From Macrostomum lignano (taxonomy: Eukaryota), in NCBI GenBank assembly GCA_002269645.1, contig NIVC01002732.1, forward strand, positions 1 through 64,000: a stretch of DNA of 64,000 nt, given 5' to 3'. Both the position numbers and the translations under genes were made by a program. Numbering within the stretch: position 1 is the first letter of the stretch; each line of letters starts with the position of its first letter. Below, one piece after another: positions 25,561 to 38,609 of this stretch. The notes below the pieces were generated by a model. That model was not told the DNA's origin and did no database searches. It saw only the letters and a list, made by a program, of their open reading frames with translations.

Positions 25561-27008
25561 ATGGCGTCGCAGTCACTTGGCCAACTGCCGCTGGAGAAGC
25601 CCGATCGAGCTCAAACCTGGATGACTGCCTTCCAAGCGCTGGCCCGAGCAAAGGACTGGACTGATAGTGATGGAAAGAAGACCATCGCAGACAACTTTTT
25701 GGCGCACTGCGGGCTCACAGCCTTGGAGAAGATACAAAGCATAATCGCCCCCAAATCCGTGACCGACCTGACTTTCGATGAAATCAACACTGCCGTGCAA
25801 GCGTACCTAAAGCCAAAGGAAAAGCTGGTCATCGCTGAACGCGTTCGTTTCTTCGCCATGCGGCAAGCACCAAATGAATCAATTTCTGACTTCGTTAGCC
25901 GACTTCGTCGTGCCGCTAAGGACTGTAAGTTTGATGATTTGAAGACATCCACCAGTCCTCTCGAGGAACTGCTCCAAATGGCGCTAATTTCTGGGCTCAG
26001 CAATGTAAACCAACAACAACGCGTTCTGGAAGCCACTCAAATCAAATCATTTAAGTCCGTTCCCGAAATTGTCGACTTTATTCGCGACCTAGAGCAGGTG
26101 ACAGCTTTTGTGTCCATAAAATCAAGCGACTTTCAAGCGACTTTGACTCAGCCAGCTCCTTCAATCCAAACACACGAAGCCTCTGTGCATTACTCGCAGC
26201 GACATAATGGACATCGGAGTGTCAAGGACTGTCGTTACTGCGGCAAAGCACATTCGAAAGGAAAATGCCCGGCTTTTGGCAAGCTCTGTTCAAAATGTGG
26301 TAAGAAAAATCACTTCGCCAGTGTATGTCGCTCATCATCTGCACGGCCTGTGCACCAAGTCACTGACCCATCAGCTCATGAAATAGACAATGAGCCACAT
26401 GAGAAGACTTCTCTGATGCATCTCAGCGACGTGGGCACCGTCCACGCTGTCAACGTGGCCACCGAGCCACTTATTATCGATGGCAAGACCGTCGACATGC
26501 AGATCGATACAGGCGTCTCTGTCTCCGTGCTCTCCAGTTCGCAATGGGAACGACTGGGTCGACCCTCGCTGCAGAAGTGTTTTCGGCGGCTAGAAGCCTT
26601 TGATGGTCACGTGATGAAATCACTCGGAAAGCTGGCAACCACGGTTGAACTACGAGGTCATCTGCACCCTGCAGAACTCATTGTGGTCAACTCGAGCAAA
26701 CCATATGGCTTACTTGGTCGCGATCTGTTGGACGCGGATGACCTCTTTCACACCACAAGTGTGCCCCAGAACAACACCCGCGTAGTTGAGCCACTGCCTA
26801 CCATAAAAGGCGTGAAAGCTCGCATGGAGGTTGTTGACGGTGCCAGACCCAGATTCTGCCGTGCTCGATCCGTGCCTATTGCAATTGAGGGGCAGATTAA
26901 CGCCGAACTCGACCGCTTGCAACAGCTAGGAATAATTGAACCCATCGAGGGACCCGTGAGCAATGCGTCGCCCGTGGTGTGGGTGAAAAAGAAAGATGGC
27001 ACCTTGCG
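25561..27008 (+). CDS. gag-pol: Gag (two Zn knuckles) - aspartic protease - start of RT
   Basis: CRYCGKAHSKGKC and CSKCGKKNHFASVC knuckles; IDTG protease motif; ASPVVWVKKKDGTLR RT motif; frame lost near 27009. Confidence 0.93.
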
Positions 27009-28350
27009 ATGTGTGCCGATTACAGTGTACACGTGAATGAGAAAATAAAGTCCGACTCTCATCCGATCCCCAATGTAGAAATCCTTTTCTCACGCTTGAA
27101 AAACGCAAAAGTCTTCGCCACCGTCGACCTCCGCTCGGCCTACTGGCAAATTGAACTGGATGAAGCGGCCAGAGATCTCTCTATCATCAACACGTCGCGT
27201 GGACTGTACCGAGTAAACAGACTGCAAATGGGGATGAAAAACGCCTCGTTCATCTTCCAGAGAACTATGGAATCGATTTTGTCAGACATCAAAGGACTGC
27301 TGATTTATCAAGACGACATCCTGGTGCACGCACCAGATGCGGCTACTCTAGAAAAGCGCCTTGCCGCGGTGCGCACCCGACTACAAGAAAAGCGCGTCAC
27401 CATCAACGAGTCAAAGTGCATCAACTACACCGATTCCATCTCTTTTCTTGGATTCAAGATCTCTGCCGCCGGAATCCAGCCAGACGATCGGCTTGTTGAA
27501 AAAGTCAGACAAGTTTCTGCACCGACTAACAAATCTGAGCTCGCGAGCTTTCTGGGACTAGTCAACTTCTTTGGGAGACTGATTCCGAACTTCGCTCGAA
27601 AGACCGCTCCTCTTAACCATCTGCGAAAATCCAACGTCAACTTTGACTGGACCGACGAGTGCTCTCGAGCTTTTAATAACCTCAAAGCCGAAATCGCCTC
27701 TGCGCCAATAGTGCAGCCCTATAGCCTATCAAAGGAGCTGACTCTAACAACGGATGCCTCGAAGAGCTCAATAGCTGCTGTAGTGACTCAGGAAGGGCAT
27801 CCCGTAATATTTGTATCAAGGACGCTGTCATCCGCCGAATCAAATTATTCAAATATTGAGCGCGAGGCCCTCGCCATCTTCTGGGCCGTCGCTCGACTGA
27901 AGCACTTCCTTCATGGCCGTCACTTCACAATCAAGACAGATCATCAGCCACTGACTCGCCTTTTCCGCGGTGGCATCCCTCTGAACACATCGGCGAGAAT
28001 CGGGCGCTGGGCTATGCATCTCATGCAATTTGACTTCAACATCGAGTACGTGCGAGGCCGCGACATTCCACACGCTGACGCTTTATCTCGGCTCCGCTTT
28101 GATCACCCGTCAGCAGACGACAAGGAAACGTTTGATGCTATCAACGTCGTGGTATTTGAATCGCCGGTGATCGAGGCCGGAAGAATTTTGGCAGAAATGG
28201 ACGCAGACCCGTTCACCCAGAAGATTTTAATGAGAGTACGCAATGGAAATTGGCAAGGTTGCTCGCAGGCAGAGTCAAGCTTCAAAGCCGTTTCCGGAAA
28301 GCTAACGCTGGAAAACGGACTTCTTTACATGCAGAGGAGGGTTTACATCC
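27009..28350 (+). CDS. pol: Reverse transcriptase and RNase H segment of pol
   Basis: MCADY, DLRSAYWQI, YQDD, FLG, TDAS, YSNIEREALAI, TDHQPL, HADALSR motifs. Confidence 0.93.
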
Positions 28351-29403
28351 CCCACGGTTGCGCCGGGCTGCCTTTGACGCGATCCATGACACCCACTCTG
28401 GAATTCAGGCCTCATACAACCTGCTTTCAGCGTCTTGCTTGTGGCCTGGGATGCAACAGGATGTGTCACGATTTGTCCAACGCTGCCCGGTCTGCAGCCG
28501 CCTACGACCGCGTGTCGGCCACGACAGGGATCGATGGCCCGCCCCGGACTATCCATTCCAACGCATTCACATGGACTGGGCGCATGTAAGAGGAGCTGGC
28601 GACATACTGATTATCGTTGACGCTCATTCTGGCTGGATAGAAGCGTTTCCCTGCCAAAACAGAGTGGCCAGCACTGTCCAGCGGTGCCTCTGCGCCATCT
28701 TTGCACGCTTTGGTATGCCGGAGCTGGTTGTGTCAACAACGCACCCGAATTTGTGGCCGATAGCCTCAACGCATGGCTGCGCGCACATGGAGTGAAGAAA
28801 ATGGAGTCACCCGCCTACTATCCTCAGGCAAACGGCCTCGCAGAAAGGGCAGTGCAGACCGTTAAATCAGCGCTGCGTGCATGGTCGGAGAGAATAACTC
28901 ACATGGATTTCCCATTCTACCTGCAAAAAGTGCTCATGCACCATCGCAACTCCTCAAGAAGCCGCGGCCAGTGCCCAGCCGAGTTGGTGCTTGGTAGACG
29001 CCTTCGTGTACCGGTCGTCTCACAGTTCGAGCAAGGAGACAACGTCATCTACCAGCCACAGAAATCAACTCAGGGAAGCCAGGCTACATTTCTAATGACT
29101 GCTGGACACAATACGGCATGGATTTTAGAAGATGAGAGCCTGAAGCTGGCCAGCACCAATCAGTTGGCCCCATCAATGCCACAGCAGGACGCCCTTACAG
29201 CGGACGAAGAGGAAGCGAATGACAATCTGCCTGTGCAACAGCCCCCGATGCAAATGGCGGCCGGAGAAGAGCAGGCACCAACGACCCATCAGCAGGATGC
29301 CCCAGAGCAACCGAATGACAACCCGATGCGCCGAAGCTCGCGAAATCGTCGGGCCCCTGATCGATTTGTGCCGTCATTGCTGAACAGTATAGACGCTGAT
29401 TAA
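28351..29403 (+). CDS. pol: Integrase segment of pol (frameshift near 28735)
   Basis: HDTH...CPVC zinc finger; IHMDW, IIVDAHSGWIE; (D)NAPEF; QANGLAERAVQTVK; stop at 29401-29403. Confidence 0.9.
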
Positions 29404-29540
29404 ATTCCAAACTTTCAACGAATTCGCCGTTACTTTGTTAAGCACCAAGCTCCCTAAGCTCATCCGTTCATACTCAAACCCACTAATCAATAACCACCAA
29501 CGCTTTTCCGTTGCAGTTCTCATTCCCTCGAAGGGGGACA

Positions 29541-29756
29541 TGTTGTATACCGATCCGAATCCAATGTACTTTGATTTTCAGTCGTTGCCCCAGCGTTAAT
29601 TTATTTGTCTGTGTCCCAAACAGCTACCGACTGACTCTGACTCTATAAAGGCTTGCCGTTACTTATATCGTTAAATAAAATATACATTCAACTTAGGCTA
29701 CGCTCTCGTTATAACAGCTTTCGGCTCAGCACAGAGTCAAAGCACAAAACACAACA
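29541..29756 (+). repeat. 3' LTR
   Basis: Direct repeat of 25345-25560, preceded by the polypurine tract. Confidence 0.97.
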
Positions 29757-32443
29757 GGGAGCAGTGCTAATCTGGAGGGAGTGTTGCTAATCTGGAGGGA
29801 GTGGTGCTTATCTGGAGGGAGTGGTGCTAATCTGGAGGGAGTGGTGCTAAACTGGAGGGAGTGGTGCTAATCTGGAGGGAGTGGTGCTAAACTGGAGGGA
29901 GTGGTGCTAATCTGGAGGGAGTGGTGCTAAACTGGAGGGAGTGTTGCTAATCTGGAGGGAGTGGTGCTAATCTGGAGGGAGTGGTGCTAATCTGGAGGGA
30001 GTGGTGCTAATCTGGAGGGAGTGGTGCTAATCTGGAGGGAGTGGTGCTAATCTGGATAAGTGGTGCTAAACTGGGGGAAATGGTGCTAATCTGGAGGGAG
30101 TGGTGCTAATCTGGAGGGAGTGATGCTAAGCTGGAGGGAGTGATGCTAAGCTGGAGGGAGTGGTGCTAAACTGGAGGGAGTGGTGCTAATCTGGATAAGT
30201 GGTGCTAAACTGGGGGAAATGGTGCTAATCTGGAGGGAGTGGTGCTAATCTGGGGGAAGTGGTGCTAATCTGGATAAGTGGTGCTAATCTGGATAAGTGG
30301 TGCTAAACTGGGGGAAATGGTGCTAATCTGGAGGGAGTGGTGCTAAGCTGGAGGGAGTGCTGCTAATCTGGATAAGTGGTGCTTATCAGGGGAAGTCGTG
30401 CTAATCTGGATAAGTGGTGCTTATCTGGGGAAGTCGTGCTAATCTGGATAAGTGGTGCTAAACTGGGGGAAATGGTGCTAATCTGGAGGGAGCAGTGCTA
30501 ATCTGGAGGGAGTAGTGCTAATCTGGAGGGAGCAGTGCTAATCTGGAGGGAAATGGTGCTAATCTGGAGGGAGCAGTGCTAATCTGGAGGGAGCAGTGCT
30601 AATCTGGAGGGAGTAGTGCTAATCTGGAGGGAGTAGTGCTAATCTGGAGGGAGTAGTGCTAATCTGGAGGAAATGGTGCTAATTTGGATAAGTGGTGCTA
30701 ATCTGGATAAGTGATGCTAAACTGGGGGAAATGGTGCTAATCTGGAGAGAGTGGTGCTAATCTGGAGGGAGCAGTGCTAATCTGGGGGAAGTGGTGCTAA
30801 TCTGGAGGGAGTAGTGCTAATCTGGAGGGAGTGCTGCTAATCTGGATAAGTGGTGCTAAACTGGGGGAAATGGTGCTAATCTGGAGGGAGTGGTGCTAAG
30901 CTGGAGGGAGTGCTGCTAATCTGGATAAGTGGTGCTTATCTGGGAAAGTGCTGCTAATCTGGATAAGTGGTGCTAATCTGGGGAAGTGGTGCTAATCTGG
31001 GGAAGTGGTGCTAATCTGGAGGGAGTGGTGCTAAGCTGGAGGGAGTGCTGCTAATCTGGATAAGTGGTGCTAAGCTGGGGAAGTGGTGCTAATCTGGATA
31101 AGTGGTGCTAATCTGGGGGAAGTGGTGCTAATCTGGGGGAAGTGGTGCTAATCTGGGGGAAGTGGTGCTAATCTGGATAAGTGGTGCTAATCTGGGGGAA
31201 GTGGTGCTAATCTGGAGGAAGTGGTGCTAATCTGGGGGAAGTGGTGCTAATCTGGATAAGTGGTGCTAATCTGGGGGAAGTGGTATAAAGATTTGGTACA
31301 TTATAATTTTTTTGTTGATAGCTTCAGGTTGGTTGTGGTTGTTTTTGAAGTCGTTTGTGAGCTGCTCAGTGGTTGCTTTTTAGCGATTTCTGGGGTTGCT
31401 TTCAACAGGTGGTAAGCATAATACCTGTATTGTGATACACAGTTCAAAAATACTGTGCATTTAAAAGCCTCAAGTTTTAATAATAAATCATAAACTTGGT
31501 TAAATTAGTATTTTAGCGATGATGTGGCTTAATTAGATTGATTCTCATGCAGGACAGGGTGGAATTGTTTGATTGTCATAGTCTCTATGAACGGTCATTG
31601 TAAAATGGGTTGATTTTCCGTCTTCAAGAGTAAAGAAACTTTCAGAGTGCGGAGCAAGAGTAAATGTCCTTTTTCTCCCTACATGAGGCAATTGGCTGCT
31701 AGTATAACATGCTGACAGAAGCGAATTGTGTAAAACACACGAAGTTCCACTTAGTGACGGTTTGGGCTATAGACATAATGCAGGTCAAAATTAAAACATC
31801 AAATTAAGCTTCTTGGCCCTGTACTAGCAAAGTCTCTTCAGGGCTGTCTTTACAGTATAAATATTCGTTTAGGACTACGAAAGGCATATGAAAATGGTTA
31901 AACTGTACTGACTCAGTGTGTACTTTTTGCCACACGCTGGAAAGCAGCGAAGCCATAGACGAGAGTAATAAAATTGAGAACAGATTTGACCATAGACAGT
32001 CTGCCGATTATTATATTCATCAATTGAAAAGCGGGACAGTCCTGGCATTCCTTGCTTACTCAGCAGAGCATCACTTTTATCACGAGAGCCAAGTTCGGAC
32101 GATCATTTCTTCAAGCAATTTGAGAGTGAAATCTTGAGATACTCCCAAGGTAAGATCGAATATTTCTTGGACTAATTTAATGTTACAGTACAAGGGACAG
32201 AGAACCTTAGCGGGAAACGCTTCTGATCACCAGGCGCCACATTAATTTGAGGCCTGTGTGCTCGAAGAACGTCCATGATGGCCAACCCACAAGGCTCAGA
32301 GAATGTACATGTCTGACGATTAGAAATTCATGGCCGCTGTACAGCCTGTGTGAGCGTGTTTGTGAGTGCGTGTCTGCGTACAGTACTGGCGCGCAGTTAT
32401 TTTATCATTTATATAACTTATTTCGTTGCTTACATTCCAGAGA

Positions 32444-32824
32444 ATGTTCAAACTGCTGGTCTGCCTATTGGCGATGGCCTCCATTAGCTGCTGCCAGGCA
32501 AGCGCTGAGTCAAAGCACAAAGGCAAATTTCTCTATTGCGGTCCGGCCAGTCCCGTCATGATCGACTGGCTCTGCCGGTCAATCAAACACCTGGAGAGCT
32601 TCGGAGTCAAGGACGGCTACATCGATCCGGCTCAAGGATACCTGCCGCTAAGCGCTCCGGCGCCTTGGAAGAAGAGGTCTGTTCGGTCTATTGGATTAGA
32701 TTACGGATTATGGGACCCACCATCGGCTCACCAGATCAACAGGCGCGGCATTCACGCGCATGTGGCCATGTCACTGTGCTGTCGGAGACTGTGTGATGCC
32801 AGGGTGTTCTGCAAAGGCTACTGA
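32444..32824 (+). CDS. Insulin-like prepropeptide, 6-Cys type (copy 4, 126 aa)
   Basis: Protein identical to copy 2. Confidence 0.88.
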   Translation: MFKLLVCLLAMASISCCQASAESKHKGKFLYCGPASPVMIDWLCRSIKHLESFGVKDGYIDPAQGYLPLSAPAPWKKRSVRSIGLDYGLWDPPSAHQINRRGIHAHVAMSLCCRRLCDARVFCKGY

Positions 32825-34322
32825 TAGGAATTAGCTAAGACTAAATTATAGCTAAGCAGAGAATCAAACTGAAAGTCATGAATCTTTTTGTTGATTAAAA
32901 TACATGTTTAACTGCTTTCGAAAGTTAACATTTCCAGTTTTTAAAGTTATCATAAATCGCATTCACTTATTAAAAGTTTTAAATTAATCTATACCATAAT
33001 CTACACCATAAAGCCCAATCTGCAAATTTATGAATTCACTTGCACAGCATAGCTAGTTTTATTAAATGGCCTGCATACTCTTGAACATTCCTGTCTGAAA
33101 AGTGACCCCCCCCTTGGCTGTCTAGCAAGGGACACACCTGTCTAGGGGCAGAGTAGTCCAAATCTCGTGCTACAATCCCTGATTCGATTCATTTTAATCA
33201 TTGGTTACATATGTATTTGTACATATATACACTTATATGTACACAGCTTTTATTTCGCAGCAATACATGCATTTTTATGCACGAATAAAAATTTCTGGCT
33301 GGGGTTTTATCGTGCGATTCACGTACGCCCCCCCCATAGTCAGAAAGTGTAAAATGAACGTACTGACGATCAGAAGATATTCAGAGTCACAGCTGCACAC
33401 GCGACCCGCTGCTATATGAGCGTGTGTTACGCATACATGTATGTTCCACATGATGAATCGTCTGTAGTAAACCATGCACGGGCTAGCTAATACATTTAAA
33501 TGTGCGCAAGAGTCAGATTGATGGGTAATAATTGCCTCTCTGTTGGTTGCGAGACGACGTAGCGGAAAGCGTTGCTCCAGTTTGCCAAACCCCCTATGTG
33601 ATTTACATGTACGTGTACACATGTACATGTATGTGCAACACTTGTACGCAAGTCCAAGCATAACTCAATTGCATGGTTTTCACACATTTAACTGTAGAAC
33701 CATAGTCGTACGGCTCGTACATGGCTCAGCTTGAGCTTACTATTTTAAATTGGATATGAAAATTCTGCACCGGTTACCGTTTGTACCAAGGACCACTGTA
33801 TATAGCTATATACAGTGGTCCTTGGTTTGTACATAGACAAAGTAATCTATTGAATTGGAATTCAACTTACAATTTTCAAGCAAACTTCACATTAACTAGA
33901 AAAGAAACACTAAGATCGATTGTGGAATCAACTTAATAGGTACTTAAAATATTATGTGATCAGGCAAACTCGAATTTATAAAATTGTGAAAAATGGGACT
34001 TATACATAAACCTTGTTATAGTGTAATTACATTCGACTCGCTATTTTAAATTCGAAAGTCATGATCTTCGATTTCGAAATTAAATATAGAATTTTAGCCG
34101 GATCCATAGCCAATAGAAAACGGGTTCCGGTGCCGGAACTCTAGCCATTACCTATATTATATAGCCTACTGACTTGTATTGTCATAAATCATGTGATGGC
34201 CCTAGGCTAGCCTGGCTAGGTTTAGGTAGGCTTATTACGTATAACATTTTTTACTTTTGACATTTGTTTCAGTTTATAAAACCCGAGTCTGCAAATTAAA
34301 TGCAATCACACAGCATAAGTAC

Positions 34323-35580
34323 AGTGGTGCTAATCTGGGGGAAATGGTGCTAATCTGGAGGGAGTGGTGCTAAACTGGAGGGAGTAGTGCTAATCTGGAG
34401 GGAGTGGTGCTAATCTGGATAAGTGGTGCTAATCTGGAGGGAGTGGTGCTAATCTGGATAAGTGATGCTAAACTGGGGGAAATGGTGCTAATCTGGAGAG
34501 AGTGGTGCTAAGCTGGAGGGAGTGCTGCTAATCTGGATAAGTGGTGCTAATCTGGATAAGTGGTGCTAAACTGGATAAGTGGTGCTAAACTGGGGGAAAT
34601 GGTGCTAATCTGGATAAGTGGTGCTAATCTGGATAAGTGGTGCTAATCTGGATAAGTGGTGCTAATCTGGATAAGTGGTGCTAATCTGGATAAGTGGTGC
34701 TAATCTGGATAAGTGGTGCTAATCTGGATAAGTGGTGCTAATCTGGATAAGTGGTGCTAATCTGGATAAGTGGTGCTAATCTGGATAAGTGGTGCTAATC
34801 TGGATAAGTGGTGCTAATCTGGATAAGTGGTGCTAAACTGGGGGAAATGGTGCTAATCAGGATGGAGCAGTGCTAATCTGGAGGGAGTAGTGCTAATCTG
34901 GAGGGAGCAGTGCTAATCTGGAGGCAGCAGTGCTAATCTGGAGGAGCAGTGCTAATCTGGAGGGAGTAGTGCTAATCTGGAGCGAGCAGTGCTAATCTGG
35001 AGGGAGCAGTGCTAATCTGGAGGGAGCAGTGCTAATCTGGAGGGAGCAGTGCTAATCTGGAGAGAGTAGTGCTAATCTGGAGCGAGCAGTGCTAATCTGG
35101 AGGGAGTGGTGCTAATTGGAAAAGTGGTGCTAATCTGGAGGGAGTGGTGCTAATCTGGATAAGTGGTGCTAAACTGGGGGAAATGGTGCTAATCTGGAGG
35201 GAGTGGTGCTAAGCTGGAGGGAGTGCTGCTAATCTGGATAAGTGGTGCTAAACTGGGGGAAATGGTGCTAATCTGGAGGGAGTGGTGCTAAGCTGGAGGG
35301 AGTGCTGCTAATCTGGATAAGTGGTGCTAATCTGGGGAAGTGGTGCTAATCTGGATAAGTGGTGCTAATCTGGGGGAAGTGGTGCTAATCTGGATAAGTG
35401 GTGCTAATCTGGGGGAAGTGGTGCTAATCTGGAGGGAGTGGTGCTAATCTGGAGAAGTGGTGCTAATCTGGGGGAAGTGGTGCTAATCTGGAGGGAGTGG
35501 TGCTAATCTGGAGGAAGTGGTGCTAATCTGGGGGAAGTGGTGCTAATCTGGATAAGTGGTGCTAATCTGGGGGAAGTGGT
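34323..35580 (+). repeat. G-rich minisatellite of unit D
   Basis: About 1.26 kb; the order of variant units is nearly the same as in unit E. Confidence 0.96.
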
Positions 35581-36729
35581 ATAAAGATTTGGTACATTAT
35601 AATTTTTTGTTGATAGCTTCAGGTTGGTTGTGGTTGTTTTTGAAGTCGGATGTGAGCTGCTCAGTGGTTGCTTTTGAGCGATTTCTGGGGTTGCTTCCAA
35701 CAGGTGGTAAATACCTGTATTGTGATACACAGTTCAAGAATACTGTACATTTAAAAGCCTCAAGTTTTTTTATAATAAATCATAAACTTGGTTATATTAG
35801 TATTTGAGGTATGAGGTGGCTTTATTAGATTGATTCTCATGCAGGACAGGGTGGAATTGATTGATTGTCATAGTCTCTATGAACGGTCATTGTAAAATGG
35901 GTTGATTTTCCGTCTTCAAGAGTAAAGAAACTTTCAGAGTGCGGAGCGTAAATGTCCTTTTTCTCCCTACATGAGGCAATTGGCTGCTAGTATAACATGC
36001 TGACAGAAGCGAATTGTGTAAAACACACGAAGTTCCACTTAGTGACGGTTTGGGCCATAGACATAATGCAGGTCAAAATTAAAGAATCAAATTAAGCTTC
36101 TTGGCCCTGTACTAGCAGTCTCTTCAGGGCTGTCTTTACAGTATAAATATTCGTTTAGGACTACGAAAGGCATATGAAAATGGTTAAACTGTACTGACTC
36201 AGTGTGTACTTTTTGCCACACGCTGGAAAGCAGCGAAGCCATAGACGAGAGTAATAAAATTGAGAACAGATTTGACCATAGACAGTCTGCCGATTATTAT
36301 ATTCATCAATTGAAAAGCGGGACAGTCCTGGCATTCCTTGCTTACTCAGCAGAGCATCACTTTTATCACGAGAGCCAAGTTCGGACGATCATTTCTTCAA
36401 GCAATTTGAGAGTGAAATCTTGAGATACTCCCAAGGTAAGATCGAATATTTCTTGGACTAATTTAATGTTACAGTACAAGGGACAGAGAACCTTAGCGGG
36501 AAACGCTTCTGATCACCAGGCGCCACATTAATTTGAGGCCTGTGTGCTCGAAGAACGTCCATGATGGCCAACCCACAAGGCTCAGAGAATGTACATGTCT
36601 GACGATTAGAAATTCATGGCCGCTGTACAGCCTGTGTGAGCGTGTTTGTGAGTGCGTGTCTGCGTACAGTACTGGCGCGCAGTTATTTTGTCATTTATAT
36701 AACTTATTTCGTTGCTTACATTCCAGAGA

Positions 36730-37110
36730 ATGTTCAAACTGCTGGTGTGCCTATTGGCGATGGCCTCCATTAGCTGCTGCCAGGCAAGCGCTGAGTCAAA
36801 GCACAAAGGCAAATTTCTCTATTGCGGTCCGGCCAGTCCCGTCATGATCGACTGGCTCTGCCGGTCAATCAAACACCTGGAGAGCTTCGGAGTCAAGGAC
36901 GGTTACATCGATCCGGCTCAAGGATACCTGCCGCTAAGCGCTCCGGCGCCTTGGAAGAAGAGGTCTGTTCGGTCTATTGGATTAGATTACGGATTATGGG
37001 ACCCACCATCGGCTCACCAGATCAACAGGCGCGGCATTCACGCGCATGTGGCCATGTCACTGTGCTGTCGGAGACTGTGTGATGCCAGGGTGTTCTGCAA
37101 AGGCTACTGA
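36730..37110 (+). CDS. Insulin-like prepropeptide, 6-Cys type (copy 5, 126 aa)
   Basis: Protein identical to copy 2. Confidence 0.88.
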   Translation: MFKLLVCLLAMASISCCQASAESKHKGKFLYCGPASPVMIDWLCRSIKHLESFGVKDGYIDPAQGYLPLSAPAPWKKRSVRSIGLDYGLWDPPSAHQINRRGIHAHVAMSLCCRRLCDARVFCKGY

Positions 37111-38609
37111 TAGGAATTAGCTAAGACTAAATTATAGCTAAGCAGAGAATCAAACTGAAAGTCATGAATCGTTTTGTTGATTAAAATACATGTTTAACTG
37201 CTTTCGAAAGTTAACATTTCCAGTTTTTAAAGTTATCATAAATCGCATTCACTTATTAAAAGTTTTAAATTAATCTATACCATAATCTACACCATAAAGC
37301 CCAATCTGCAAATTTATGAATTCACTTGCACAGCATAGCTAGTTTTATTAAATGGCCTGCATACTCTTGAACATTCCTGTCTGAAAAGTGACCCCCCCCT
37401 TGGCTGTCTAGCAAGGGACACACCTGTCTAGGGGCAGAGTAGTCCAAATCTCGTGCTACAATCCCTGATTCGATTCATTTTAATCATTGGTTACATATGT
37501 ATTTGTACATATATACACTTATATGTACACAGCTTTTATTTCGCAGCAATACATGCATTTTTATGCACGAATAAAAATTTCTGGCTGGGGTTTTATCGTG
37601 CGATTCACGTACGCCCCCCCCCATAGTCAGAAAGTGTAAAATGAACGTACTGACGATCAGAAGATATTCAGAGTCACAGCTGCACACGCGACCCGCTGCT
37701 ATATGAGCGTGTGTTACGCATACATGTATGTTCCACATGATGAATCGTCTGTAGTAAACCATGCACGGGCTAGCTAATACATTTAAATGTGCGCAAGAGT
37801 CAGATTGATGGGTAATAATTGCCTCTCTGTTGGTTGCGAGACGACGTAGCGGAAAGCGTTGCTCCAGTTTGCCAAACCCCCTATGTGATTTACATGTACG
37901 TGTACACATGTACATGTATGTGCAACACTTGTACGCAAGTCCAAGCATAACTCAATTGCATGGTTTTCACACATTTAACTGTAGAACCATAGTCGTACGG
38001 CTCGTACATGGCTCAGCTTGAGCTTACTATTTTAAATTGGATATGAAAATTCTGCACCGGTTACCGTTTGTACCAAGGACCACTGTATATAGCTATATAC
38101 AGTGGTCCTTGGTTTGTACATAGACAAAGTAATCTATTGAATTGGAATTCAACTTACAATTTTCAAGCAAACTTCACATTAACTAGAAAAGAAACACTAA
38201 GATCGATTGTGGAATCAACTTAATAGGTACTTAAAATATTATGTGATCAGGCAAACTCGAATTTATAAAATTGTGAAAAATGGGACTTATACATAAACCT
38301 TGTTATAGTGTAATTACATTCGACTCGCTATTTTAAATTCGAAAGTCATGATCTTCGATTTCGAAATTAAATATAGAATTTTAGCCGGATCCATAGCCAA
38401 TAGAAAACGGGTTCCGGTGCCGGAACTCTAGCCATTACCTATATTATATAGCCTACTGACTTGTATTGTCATAAATCATGTGATGGCCCTAGGCTAGCCT
38501 GGCTAGGTTTAGGTAGGCTTATTACGTATAACATTTTTTACTTTTGACATTTGTTTCAGTTTATAAAACCCGAGTCTGCAAATTAAATGCAATCACACAG
38601 CATAAGTAC

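Larger units (their letters stand above)
25345..29756 (+). mobile_element. Full-length Ty3/gypsy LTR retrotransposon (probably Mag-like), 4412 bp
   Basis: 216-bp LTRs with TGTTGT...ACAACA termini; 5-bp TSD GGGAG (25340-25344 and 29757-29761); PBS TGGCGTCGCAG at 25562; purine tract GAAGGGGGACA 29530-29540; domain order gag-PR-RT-RH-IN. Confidence 0.97.
24823..31284 (+). repeat. G-rich minisatellite of unit C, interrupted by an LTR retrotransposon
   Basis: Segments 24823-25344 and 29757-31284; about 2.05 kb without the insertion. Confidence 0.95.

Noticed and set aside
26979-27036. Programmed gag-pol frameshift
   Set aside because: The shift lies inside an RT motif (LRMCADY), downstream of the protease, with no slippery heptamer; a 1-nt deletion explains it.
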